A DNA stretch of 64,000 nucleotides from the NCBI GenBank assembly GCA_965645245.1, contig OZ287072.1, positions 2,666,001 through 2,730,000 on the forward strand, read 5' to 3'. Shown here piece after piece: positions 13,801 through 24,539 of this stretch (its first letter is position 1; every line of letters begins with the position of its first letter). The translations under genes and the position numbers were made by a program. Under the pieces are notes generated by a model that saw only the letters and a list, made by a program, of their open reading frames with translations, did no database searches and had not been told where the DNA came from. This DNA comes from Massalongia carnosa (lineage: Eukaryota).

Positions 13801-14682
13801 CATCCACAAACAGACGGTCAGACAGAACGTCAAAATAGTACCATGGAAGCTTACCTTAGGTCTTACTGCCGTTTCGAGCAAGATGACTGGGTGCAATGGC
13901 TCCCTACCGCTGAATTTGCATACAATAACACCCGTCATTCAAGCACCAAGCTCACCCCGTTCGAGGCTAATATAGGCTACCACCCAAGGATGAGTTATGA
14001 AGATAACCAAGACCCTCGATCGAAGTCGAAGACAGCTGAGGAACAGGCTAAAAATCTACGCGATTTGTTAGCAGAGTTGAAAAATAACCTGCAATTAGCC
14101 CAAGACAATCAAGCCAAATATCACAATAGAACGGTGAAAGAACGTTGCTACGCTCCCGATGAAATGGTTTGGCTAAACAGCAAACATATTAAGACGAAAA
14201 GGAACAAGAAGCTTGAGCATAAGTTCTTGGGTCCCTTTAAGGTGTTGAGGCCTGTAGGCACTCAAGCTTACGAGCTAGAACTTCCGAAAAGTTGGAAAAT
14301 ACACCCAGTCTTTCATGTGTCTCTGCTGGAAAGAGACACCACCAGAAGGGAGGTAGTAGACGAACAAATGGCTGAACAGCTTGAATTCGAAGACGATGAC
14401 ATACAAGAGTATGAAGTAGAGTGCATACGAGATAGTGCAGTCTATGCAAAAGAAGCAGAAGACGGACGACCGGCTGGATTATATTATCTAGTGCATTGGA
14501 AAGGTTATCCCGACGCGGAAGACACATGGGAGCCCGTCGCCGGCGTCAAACATCTACGAAAGCTATTGAGGGAATTTCATGAGAAAAATCCTACCAAGCC
14601 AACAGCAAAGTCCACCCCTCAGGCCACTAGGACTCCCTCATTAGCGAAAGAAACAGGACGACGCACAAAGAGGACTAAATAA
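10753..14682 (+). CDS. Gypsy B pol (PR-RT-RH-IN-chromodomain), -1 frame relative to gag
   Basis: LIDSG, YLDD, TDAS, HHCC plus DDE integrase, GPF motif and chromodomain YEVECI...YLVHWKGY...TWEP. Confidence 0.95.
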   Translation: MWIPRTLGKRLSPSKKSIVAAAASLPATTIKEASASPKTLEVAPCIEYEITHAKETAKALIDSGSEVNLISRAYANICALTVLHSSVSLEAINHQQVMTHGMGLLVFGVTDQLGQQRFFEETFLIADIPHNIVLGMPFLQLANPDIDWSARTLNWRELSVQSALMTTHRIEIIEPEVFIEEALSEDTPTYVVHAKALGVDNIHSSRRARIASVKVQEIKVPEAYKDFADVFSEDSAAELPEHGLHDHAIDLVDGKQPPYGPIYSLSETELTVLRAYLDAHLANGFIRPSTSPAGAPILFVPKANGTLRLCVDYRGLNNLTVKNRYPLPLVGESLDRLGRAKQYTQLDLTAAYNRIRIKKGDEWKTAFRTRYGHFEYCVMPFGLSNAPASFQAYINKALALKLDVFCIVYLDDILIYTEQKGKAHEDAVRWVLEQLRKHGLFCNLQKCRFSTDEVEFLGYVINPKGVYMRKDRIQAVQNWPRPTCVRDVQVFIGFANFYRRFIRGFSKIAGPLTAMLKTKPANHRQKAPKGVECEFLTEEALEAFEKLKKSFIEAPVLRHYDASKPVRVETDASGYAIGGILAQQDDEGQWHPVAYYSRKMLPAERNYETHDAELLAIVEAFKIWRHYLEGSSHEILVLTDHNNLTRFMDTKRLSGRQVRWAQDLSRYNFRIDYRQGKRNPADGLSRPPTAGDDDGEVLVENRKTLHLLQISLADKNARVCLMRAMSGESLDDASGPTGSHHGEIWKIITCGTLVVPKVKAYWSSLRNSLAQRESPYTQPASRGVLERLPELQQVDEVAITVRKRLATLKDSDVSGTQEVAPSSEPWSDSDHCLFHEGKAYIPASLRGEILELNHDDPLAGHFGKDKTIELVSRKYYWPSMKSDIARYVEGCDVCMSSKATRHKPYGNLQSLPIPTHKWKDITMDFVTGLPKSKDWRGVDYDSILVVIDRLTKMVHYEAVKKTLTAEQLAEVLRHCVFKYHGLPDSIVTDRGSLFTSNFWSSLCYYMKIKRRLSTAFHPQTDGQTERQNSTMEAYLRSYCRFEQDDWVQWLPTAEFAYNNTRHSSTKLTPFEANIGYHPRMSYEDNQDPRSKSKTAEEQAKNLRDLLAELKNNLQLAQDNQAKYHNRTVKERCYAPDEMVWLNSKHIKTKRNKKLEHKFLGPFKVLRPVGTQAYELELPKSWKIHPVFHVSLLERDTTRREVVDEQMAEQLEFEDDDIQEYEVECIRDSAVYAKEAEDGRPAGLYYLVHWKGYPDAEDTWEPVAGVKHLRKLLREFHEKNPTKPTAKSTPQATRTPSLAKETGRRTKRTK

Positions 14683-17600
14683 GGCCAGCACTCTTTTCCT
14701 ACCACCTGCCCACGAAAAAAGGTTGGAGGTTTTTAATGAGGCTGCGCTAGGAGCTCAGCAATGTGTTGCAATAACGTCATGCTCGATTCCATCCAGGCCA
14801 GTAGCTCTTTTCCTAGCACCTTCCCTAGAAGGGAGGTGGGAGGTTTTTAATGAGGCTGAGCCAGAGCATCAAGTTATGTTATCCTAATATCTTCCAAGCT
14901 CTTACAAATCCCAACTCTTGCTAGCCTGCATTCAAGCGGCCATCGACGTTAAAGCCATCGGCACGATTAACCGCTTGCAATTACCACGCGATGATGGGCT
15001 GAACGCACGAACTACCTGGGATGAATTACGCAGGAGCTCATTACTAGAAGGGAGGTAATTGTAATAGCGCGGCAATACAGGACTGCGCTAGCTCCTGGGA
15101 TGACTCACCCAAGAAGACCGGGTGACTGATAATCCGGATGCTTAGTCATGATAAGGCGGATAGCAATACTAAGCCATCAGCAATCAGCCTTACCAGTTTG
15201 TTAGGCAGCAACTGAAGCTATTCAGATAAGCCTCGATCTCATGGGAGGCCTGGGACGCCTAGGAGACCTCAGCTGAAGGCAACAAGGCTATCTGCTAGAC
15301 CTCAGCTGAAGGCAACAAGGTTATCTGCTAGACCTCAGCTGAAGGCAACAAGGCAGACAGGTAACCAGACAAGTAGTTAGTAAATAGGACCCCAAGGGGT
15401 ATATAGAAAGCTCGATTCCCATCTTCAGGGAATCAGCTTTTAGCTTTAGCACCTACCAATCTATTAGCAGTCACACTGAGCATTATAACCCATAAGGACT
15501 AGTGTCTACTGTCCCTCTTATAACAATGCACTAAAGAGCTCCGCACGGGCATACATCCCCCCCAATAAGATGGCTTCATCGGTTAGGGAAATAGTGAAAA
15601 TTCTGGCTGCAAGATATAAGCGGTCAGATGACCAAGTCATAGAGCAATTGCATGAGCAATTTCTAGCCCTAAAAACCCCGCCCATTAAAGGTAAAATAGA
15701 GGCATGGGTAGCTGATTGGGAGAATATCAAGGGACAAATTGTAGAGCTCAATGTAACGGGCCTATTTGGCTCCGAGACCATATTCATCAATGAATTTCTC
15801 CAATCAGGGAAGAAATGGGCGCCCAATTTCTGTGAAAACTGGGTAATGCAGCATAGGGCTGCTAAGACGACGGTTGAATTTTACGAGACAACCAGGGAAT
15901 ATCGTTTAGCCGTGGAATCATTCCTGAATGAGGCACAATCAACGTCTAGAAATCAAGCTAATGCAGCCTCGCTGCAGGGGCAAATGCAAGACGAAAATAA
16001 AGGTCCGGGGCCTAGCCAATCAAGTCAATGGAATGGCCAATCAAAAGAGGCCAGATTCAAGGATAGAAAGTGCGTATGTGGGAAAATACACCTGTTCAGG
16101 CTATGCCCATATATCGTCAAATCAGCTCGCCCCCCTGCATGGAAGGAAGATAAAACCGTACGCAATGATTTACGTCAGAAAATTCAGTCAAACATTCGGT
16201 TTTTCATGGCCATTAAGAAGGTCACCGACACCAACATACTTGATGGAATAACTGAGGAGTCAGTCAAAAAGAGCTCCCAAAAAGCAGAGAATGATCAACA
16301 TAATCAGGTCAATCACATTGAATTGCCTAGTCAATCCTTCTCGTTTGCGAACGTTACATCTAGGGCAAATAACCCCTTGCATAAAAGCGTCATCTTTGAC
16401 TCTGGATGCGATAACCCTCTGACCTATGATAAATCACGGTTTATAGGAGAGATAACCCCAACTTCGTCAGACATGTGGGTGGACACCCCCGACGGGGAGA
16501 TGAAAATCCATGGTCATGGCACAATGAGGGTAAATGGCCTATTGAATGGCCAGAAAAGGAAGCTATTATTCGAAGGAACAGCTTATATTCCTGATTCATC
16601 AGTGACGTTGGTTTCGGCCAATAAGTTGAAAAAACGAGGCTTTTTCTGGGATATGTTCACTGATACCCTTATAGTTAAGGAGACAGGGCAACAAATATGT
16701 GAAATAAAGGAGCACTATGGGCTCTCAATCATAGAATATAACCCTGAATCCATAGATATAGGGTTTGCTAACTCAGTGCAGCCACGCGATACGTCAAAAG
16801 CAACTCCATGGAAATGGCATCTTCGCCTCGGTCATTGCCGGCCAGAGGTGATTGACCAGCTAAAGAAGATCGATGAGGTGACAGTTTCAAAAGGCGTAGG
16901 GGGTGAAAACGCACCTAGGACCATTCAATGCGAAACGTGTGCAGTCTCCAAAATGCATAGAGTCATCAATAAAGCTCCGTCAGGGCGTGCCATCAAGCCA
17001 TATCAGGTGCTTCATTTTGACCTAACCATCAATGATAAGGGGTTCGATAGAACGAGCTGTATAGCTCATTTTACGGACGAATTTACCTCATATGTATGGG
17101 TTTATCCATTGAATGATCATAAGGAAAAGACCCTATTGCCCATCTTCAAAAGCTTGATCAATCAATGCGATAGAGCTGGCATTTCCATTAATTCAATGGT
17201 AACCACGATTCGCACGGGGCAAGAAACATCAATAGGAAAAGCCCTAGAAGCATGGATCAGTCAGCAAGGCATAGAATGGTCATGGTCAGCAAAGAATACC
17301 CCTGAGCAAAATGGCGTTTCAGAGCGTTTCGGAGCCCTATTAACTGAAAAAGCTCGATGCATCAGGGAATATGCAAAAATGCCAGAAGACCTGTATCCGG
17401 AGTGCTATTTAGCTGCAGCCCATCTGATGAATCGGACCCCTAATAAAGCTCTGGAATGGGACTCCCCATTGGTCAAATTGCAGAAACTGACCAATCCGGG
17501 TCAATCAGTCAGATACGAGCTGGCTCATCTAAAAGTGTTTGGTTGCAAGGCGTATCCATTGCTAAAAGGGGCCGATGCTCCTCCCAAAAGCAATAAGTTG

Positions 17601-19378
17601 AAACCTAGGGCATTTGTTGGCTATTTGGTTGGCTATGATTCAACCAATATCTTCAGGATATGGAATCCAGAAAAGGGAGATGTCAGCGGTTATAGAGACG
17701 TCATATTCAACGAAGATGAGCTTTATAGCGCCTATACGTCGAATAAGGAGCTATTGCTAAAGGAGACTGAAAAAGCGAGCTTTATAGAGTTTCATGTAGT
17801 TGAACCACGCCCCGCATTTCAGGAGATAGATAGTGAGGAAGAAGAATGGCTAGACTTATCAGTCAATAAGCGTATAGAGCAATTGACCATAGAAGATAAC
17901 TCACCTAGTCAGGACGAAATACAGGAGAAAATAACTCCCTCATCAACGCCCATGCAACTGGAAACGCCAATAGAAACACCTGAACCAGATATCAGCCCTA
18001 ATGTCTCCATAGATAAAAGAAGGGCCAAAAAGGTGAGGGCATCAACAATTGACCCTCCACAACTCCCGCAAACGGGCCGAACGCCCCTCAATGTGACGGA
18101 AATAGAGCAATCATCAGGAAAAAGGAGCGATAGGATAAATGAGGCAAACGTTATAGAGGGAAAACGTACTAGGAAACCAAACCCTAGATACGCTGCAAAT
18201 GGAGCTTGGTCAGCAGAAGAAATGTCGAAATTCCCTCAATTTCATACAGCGTTTATGGCGGGGACGGCGAGAATGACTAATCAGCTCCGAACTGATGATT
18301 TGCCCGACCCCCCATCTCATTGGCGAGCTCTGCTAAGGCATCCCTATGCAGATGAGTTCATGAAAGCAGCTAACGTTGAATGGGAGGCACTTTTCCACAA
18401 AGAAACATGGGAAATAGTTGATCAAGATGAGGCTATACAGCCAATATTGCCCCTCAAATGGGTTTTCACCTATAAGACTGATTCGGACGGCTATTTGGCA
18501 AAGTTCAAAGCACGTCTAGTGGTTAGAGGTGACCTACAGCAAGATAATGCTCAAGATTTTTATGCAGCTACATTAGCCTTCAAGGTGTTTAGGGCATTAA
18601 TGGCATTAGTTGCTGCATTCGGGCTGAAAACGAGGCAGTTGGACGCTATTAACGCCTTTCTAAACGCTCACAATGACGAGCCTATTTACTGCTTTTTGCC
18701 TGATGGTTTTAAGCTTAGAAAGAAGGTGCTAAAAGTGAAAAAAGCGCTATATGGTCAAAGAAAATCACCCCTTCTATGGCTACGAATGCTAATAGGCAAA
18801 TGCATAGAACTAGGTTTAAAACAGGTGCCAGGCGAACCATGCCTATTCTATACGGAGGGAATCATACTATTCTTCTATGTGGACGACATAGTAATGGCGT
18901 ATCGGCCCGAAAAAGAAGCCGAAGTCGAGGAATATGTGCAACGTTTCATGAAGATGATCGAAATACGGGATATGGGTCCATTAACCTATTTTCTAGGCGT
19001 ACGGGTCATTCATAACATAGAAGAAAAGACGATCCACTTGATTCAGGACTCCTATATGAACAAATTAGCCAAGGAGTATGACATAGATGAAAAGTCGGAG
19101 GCTAAAACACCTCTAACGCCCATATTCAATGAAGAACTGGCGCCATATGAGGGGGAGGTGGATCCGGCCAGAATGCATCTATATAGGAAGAAAGTTGGAT
19201 CAATATGCTACCCAGCTATTATGACTCGGCCAGATATAGCAAAATCAGCTTCAAAATTAGCTGAATATCTGACCAACCCGGGACCTATTCATATGAGGGC
19301 TGCAGACCATTGCCTACGTTATCTATATGGGACGAAATATCTGGGAATCCAGTACTCGGCCAAAGGGGGCGGTGAAAT

Positions 19379-19641
19379 TGTCAGATGGTAGGGGCTACCA
19401 TCATGGGCATTCATCTAGTGCTTATCTTCGGCGACTCTACCACGGGGACAGAGATGACCTCCGGGGGCCGAGATGACCTCCGGGGACCGAGATTCAGTGG
19501 ACCGGCTGACTCCTTATGAAAAGGGTCGCCGAAAGGTCTCCAATGTGACTGCTATATAATGAAGTAGATAGCTCACATATAATCCATACCTTCAATGACA
19601 ATCATGCTATTATACCTACACGTGAATTTTACTATTCATCA
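19379..19641 (+). mobile_element. Solo LTR related to Copia C, inserted in Copia A pol
   Basis: TG...CA ends, TSD GAAAT (19374-19378 and 19642-19646). Shares tgtgactgctatata and ccttcaatgacaatcatgcta with the C LTR. Confidence 0.92.
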
Positions 19642-20281
19642 GAAATCACTACTATGGCAAATCATGGACCGGTTCCGGCTAATAAGCAGGTTTTTGAGGC
19701 AACGGCTGATGCATCCTATGCAAAGAACCCAGATAGGAAAAGCTCCGAGGGCTATACATTCAAGCTATTTGGTGGGATGATTGACTGGGCCGCTAGGATG
19801 CAACTGACCGTGACCACGTCAACCACTGAGGCCGAGTTATTGTCTATGCTTCATGCGGGTAAAGAGCTCATATGGTGGATACATCTATTTGAAAAGCTAC
19901 AATTTAACCCGGATCAAGATATAGTTATCTATAACGATAACCTACAGACAATTCGCATTTTAACCTCCGAAATGGGAAAAACTGACATTAAATTGAGGCA
20001 TATAGACGTCGCCCAATGCTGGCTTAGGCAATCTGTGCAAAGGGGGGAATTATGTGTTGACTGTGTGCCGACCAATCAGATGGTCGCAGATGGTTTAACC
20101 AAGATCCTACCTCCTCAAAAGCATCAACATTTCGTCAAGCTATTAGGGCTAGTCAATGCCATGGACCTGGTCAACAATCAGAAGAAATTGGCCAATCAGA
20201 AGAAGGGAAATACGGCCACAAATTGAATCGGCCAAAATCACTAGAAATCAAGGTAAAACATGGGAAATTTTCACCTAATAT

Positions 20282-22447
20282 CCCTCTCGCTGTCATTCTA
20301 GCACCCCCCCCCAAGCTAAACCATTGTTTGTTAGAAAGCGCTAAACCTTAAACTTTTGACCAATCAATGTTATTCCTATTCACAAGAAGTTGTACGGAGT
20401 ATCAGATACCTATTTACTCGTCCCCTATCATATGAATAGCTTCCCAACAGCTGGCTTTCTTACAGCAGGGCCTGATTGGATTACATCCTCCACAAGCCCA
20501 TATAGTCTGAGCACCCCTTCGCCTTCTTTTACGCCCATCGACACTTATTTCAGCCAGTGGCTCTCCCTTCCGCTTTGAAGGTCGTTTTTTCTCGGCGTTA
20601 CATTGCACACATCTTTTTCTGCCTTCAAGACGAACGTAATGATGAATGGGAGATGGTACTAAAGCATCAATCGTGGTATTGATGCTTATCTTTGATGAGC
20701 CGGGCCTGATGCCCGCTTGATTTGATATCAGTTCAAGAGCAATCCGACGAAGAAATTTAGAACGAGTAAATTTTATCTCCTCGGAATCGAAAGAGTTCAG
20801 CGAGTAAAGTTTATAGGCATTCAATCCGGCTGCATCTAAAATAAAAATGAACAAAGGCCACCAGTAACGATCCGTTCGACGATTGTATGAGTAAATCGCT
20901 CGTTGCTGAGCGTTTCCATCCGATCCCCCCATATGAAGATTATATTCTTTGATTGGGGCTGGTATCGGTAATCCTAAGGGCCGTTGAACCTCTTGATTGA
21001 GCAAGGGAATGGAGTGAGCCAGAGTTGATGGGAAATACGATACAATAGGTTGAAGAAAGGTCTCGGGAATTCCATATCTCTTGTGCGGATTTATATAGTG
21101 CATTTCGTACAAGTCCTGAGGAGAATGACCGGTGGTCATGTACTGCACACCATTATTATCCACCCAGCCCATACAAAGCACCTTATCGTCGACCACCATA
21201 TGGGCCTGAAGACCCCAGTCTTTTCCTTTTGAAGTGACGTCCCGTATGGCCAACAATTCTTCTGGAAAGCCCGAGCCCTTTTTAGCAGTTCCACTGGCAG
21301 CTATTCCGATTGATCGAAGTGCCTTGAATAATTTCGTACTAGTAAAGAAATTATCACAGAAAAGATGATAATTCAGTGAGGATGGAAGTTCTTTACATAA
21401 CTGAATCACTAGCAAAGCACTAGGAGTTAGTTTATCTTTTGGCAAAAATCCCAATTGTCTGACTGTTTTCAATTCACTTATTCTGCTACTCTTCGAGGCA
21501 AACATAAATGACAACAGATAATTATCCTGACAGAGACTGTAGATTTTAAATCCTTTATGGGCACTTTTTGTAGTAATCTGCAAGGTATGTCGAGAACGGC
21601 CCTTGAATAACACCAGCTGTTCATCTATAGATATCATACTTCCTGGTCTGCAATGTTTCAATGAAGTCTTTCGGAAATCAGTAGCCAACGGTTCCAGTTT
21701 CTTCCACCAATCAGGTCCTTGACCAAGTCCGATAGGCTCAGTCTGTCCATTATTGATTTTCAAAAATCGTTTGATTTGTTGAAATCGACCAAGCGACATC
21801 GCGGACAGAATAGGCATGATAACTGGTTTGTCAGGACGTTGATTCCAATAATCCTCTGTAGCAGGTAGATGATCGAGTCCCATAAGAATTAATATGCCCA
21901 AAAAAACCTCAATTTCCGAGTCAGTAGTGTCAGTCCAAACCCGATGATTGTTCTCCTTCTCCTTTTCCATGTAGTTATTTGCCTTGATATTGGTATGATT
22001 TGCGATGATACGACAATGCTGCCTTGTTATAAATAACCGAAATAATCCCAAAGGATTTCGAGAATCGTTTTCAACGAGCGGAACAAAAGGCCTGTTTTCA
22101 ACCCGAATGGGGGTATATTTTGAGGAAATAGGGGGAAGGTCGATTAAAATATCCCGAACACTTCTTTTGCGATTTATTTTATGTTGCTTCGCTGAAATGG
22201 GAGATTTGTCTGATACACTCGGGATTTCTTCTTCATTGAGCGTCATACTTATAATATCAATTCCGAAGCTAGAAGAATAGTAATTTATGTGATTTATTTT
22301 GATTGAATGACCGAATAGTATTCTTTGAAAAGTAAACAAATGCGCAAACACTCTAGAGAAAACTAATGTTCTGATGACTCATCGGTGCGGAAGCTAGTCC
22401 AATATAGATTAGCTTGGGAGGGGGGTGCTAGAATGACAGCGAGAGGG
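20282..22447 (-). mobile_element. piggyBac-superfamily DNA transposon in the Copia A 3' UTR
   Basis: TIRs ccctctcgctgtcattctagcacccccc / ggggggtgctagaatgacagcgagaggg. Flanks are ATAT and ATAG. Confidence 0.93.
20414..22351 (-). CDS. piggyBac (PGBD4-like) DDD transposase, uninterrupted. True start may be MTLNEEE near 22246.
   Basis: MSLGRFQQIKRFL, SIDEQ, FCDNFFTS, YNLHMGGSD and RYWWPLF motifs, plus a C-terminal Cys-rich domain. Confidence 0.93.
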   Translation of the reverse strand: MFAHLFTFQRILFGHSIKINHINYYSSSFGIDIISMTLNEEEIPSVSDKSPISAKQHKINRKRSVRDILIDLPPISSKYTPIRVENRPFVPLVENDSRNPLGLFRLFITRQHCRIIANHTNIKANNYMEKEKENNHRVWTDTTDSEIEVFLGILILMGLDHLPATEDYWNQRPDKPVIMPILSAMSLGRFQQIKRFLKINNGQTEPIGLGQGPDWWKKLEPLATDFRKTSLKHCRPGSMISIDEQLVLFKGRSRHTLQITTKSAHKGFKIYSLCQDNYLLSFMFASKSSRISELKTVRQLGFLPKDKLTPSALLVIQLCKELPSSLNYHLFCDNFFTSTKLFKALRSIGIAASGTAKKGSGFPEELLAIRDVTSKGKDWGLQAHMVVDDKVLCMGWVDNNGVQYMTTGHSPQDLYEMHYINPHKRYGIPETFLQPIVSYFPSTLAHSIPLLNQEVQRPLGLPIPAPIKEYNLHMGGSDGNAQQRAIYSYNRRTDRYWWPLFIFILDAAGLNAYKLYSLNSFDSEEIKFTRSKFLRRIALELISNQAGIRPGSSKISINTTIDALVPSPIHHYVRLEGRKRCVQCNAEKKRPSKRKGEPLAEISVDGRKRRRRGAQTIWACGGCNPIRPCCKKASCWEAIHMIGDE

Positions 22448-22651
22448 ATAGGTTTTTCGGTCATGGCAGCTTTGGTCAAAGCTGGGGGGGTGTGTCAGGC
22501 GATTAGGGGTCACATGACCCGCCATGGGTCACATGACCCACGAATCCCTATGAGATATCCCTCAGTTAGCTAGCCTAGACCTCCCATAGATCAATACACA
22601 CCACTCCTTTTCACTCATATTCCACATTAGCCCATACAGCTTGATACTTAT

Positions 22652-22811
22652 TGACAATAGAGAACAGATTTTTCGCGCCGCCGGCACGAGCGACTATCAG
22701 CAGCTGACCGAATCATCAAAAACTCTGAAGATACTAACTGCTTGGCTAATGAAAACAGGCTTATTGAATCAATTCTCACTAGCATCAACATTATTGTACA
22801 ATCAACAATAG
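22652..22811 (+). mobile_element. 3' continuation of the same LINE ORF2 beyond Copia A
   Basis: Removing 2973-22651 restores the frame MFCRLI-DNREQIFRAAGTSDYQQLTESSKTLKILTAWLMKTGLLNQFSLA, ending at TAG 22809-22811. Confidence 0.85.
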
Positions 22812-23058
22812 TTAAACCTTTCTTTCTTTCTTCTCTTTTCACAAGGCATTACAGTTCCCACACGTCTTTTGTACTGCGTCTCCCGCCCGACGTCGACCCG
22901 TAGTCACATCGGACGGGTATCAAGGGATATGGTTTTTACATCTGTGAAAGGTTTTCCATGTAACATAACTTAGATAGCTTTGCCCGCTTGGGCCGGCCCA
23001 CAGCCGGTGTCATATCGGAGTATGAATACATCATCATCATAACGGCGAGAGCGACAAT

Positions 23059-24095
23059 ATGAGTGTTCATACTGACATAAGTGACTGGAATGGATTCAGT
23101 GATCGTTCTTTTGTTTTTAGGTCTCGCAGATTCTCGGCTCAAAACGATGAAGATATTGCGACCGAGAGTGACAAGAGTTTTACATCTTATCGCGACAAAA
23201 ATATTATCCTCGAGAGTGAAATGGATTCCTCATCTCGATCTCAATCGTCGTCAATTGTAACAGACTCATCGGAAGAGACTAAGGAAGAGCAGAAGAACTA
23301 TGCTCGTTGGGCTATTGGATGGTTAGACATGGACGAGGCACAGTTACATCAATTTCAAAGGTTTGATATGAATCAGACGTTTGCTGGAACACTACAGCAA
23401 CATAGAAATTACAAACGTCGCTTTCCAGAGGCGGCCGAAGAAGAAGCTCGCAAAAACGAATACTTTATGGTAAACAGGCACGTGCTCACCTTATGATTAA
23501 TTCATGGCTAATAATTGAAAGCAGGGTCGAAGATATCTGACAGAGCGACAGTATCAACTTATCATTCCCTATTTCGAGCATATTGCTCCAGCTCCATCGT
23601 CGCATACTTCAGTTCTTAGAAAGTTTTTCACCCGCCTATTATGGACGTATCCTCAAAGACGATGTCCTCTTCCTCTACGCATTCCTTTAGGAGAGCCAAC
23701 ACCACTTTCGGAAGGAAGGGGAGAGAACACCAGTGGGCTATGATTCTGATGACTTTCCGTACGAAAAAGACGATGCATTATCGAAAGAGAGAGAGAAAGT
23801 CGAGAATACATTAGTGGAAGAGCGACAGGAAGCTGATAATATGCTAGTGAAGGAGCAAATTTGGAGCATGCTAGAAGAAGGTAAAGAACGTGACCGGGCA
23901 CTGATCTCACCTCGTAAATCTAGATCTGGACGGATATTAAAACCTACTTTGAGAGCGCAAGAAGCTTTACACACAAAGCATGCCAACTTAGCGAAGGCAG
24001 CTTTAGAAAGCTCTAGAGAAGTGTCATTGACTGACTTAATAAACAAGTCACCTCCTCGAAGACGACAAAGGCGAGGGACAAAGCCGAGTCAATAG
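23059..24095 (+). pseudogene. Spliced, frameshifted ORF of unknown function, probably the 3' part of a Mutator-like element
   Basis: Intron 23470-23524 (GTAAAC...GCTAAT...CAG), frameshift near 23735, and motif similarity to 25626-26153. Confidence 0.45.
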
Positions 24096-24458
24096 ATGGG
24101 TCTAGAGATTATCCTTACAGAGAGAAAGGATAAGCAATCGTGTTTTCTGTCAGAAGTGACAGAGCATCTGCCGGCTAGCTATGTTTCATGTGCCACTTCT
24201 TCGGAGGCGATTTTTTAGGTGAAGGAATGACATATCGAAAGATGAAAGTCTGAGGATGGAAAATTAGATCATGATATTGTATTGTGATGTTTTCCGTATA
24301 TTTTTATATAGGATCTAGTCGCTTTTCCTCGTGCTTGTCATTTGATCGTGCGGTCGCAATACTCCAAATGACCTCAAATGACCTCTTTCAATTAATTACA
24401 GTTCTTCTGGGTCATCGTGACAGCGCTAGAAGCAAAATTACGTGTATATTATGGTAAT

Positions 24459-24507
24459 TGACCCCCAAATAACCCCCAGGCAAGATGGGGGGGTTATTTG
24501 GGGGTCA
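24459..24507. repeat. Perfect 19-bp inverted repeat (hairpin) with an 11-nt loop
   Basis: tgacccccaaataaccccc (24459-24477) pairs with gggggttatttgggggtca (24489-24507). Confidence 0.92.
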
Positions 24508-24539
24508 TCTCAGTAATTTGCCGAAAAATCTAACTCCCG

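Larger units (their letters stand above)
3597..15522 (+). mobile_element. Ty3/Gypsy chromovirus B
   Basis: TSD ACAAT (3592-3596 and 15523-15527), confirmed by the empty site near 32669. 3' LTR 15060-15522. 5' LTR split into 3597-4007, 9154-9180 and 9525-9582. Confidence 0.95.
3247..20226 (+). pseudogene. Copia A gag-pol polyprotein in three pieces (3247-3596, 15528-19378, 19647-20226)
   Basis: FDSG protease, WHLRLGH/CETC and DDE integrase, FYVDD RT, ADASYA RNase H. Both junctions rejoin in frame once the inserts are removed. Confidence 0.92.
2973..22646 (+). mobile_element. Ty1/Copia LTR retrotransposon A, host of nested insertions
   Basis: 154-bp LTRs at 2973-3126 and 22493-22646 with one visible mismatch. 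TSD CTTAT (2968-2972 and 22647-22651). PBS gttatgagcccgg at 3127. G-rich PPT before the 3' LTR. Confidence 0.95.
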
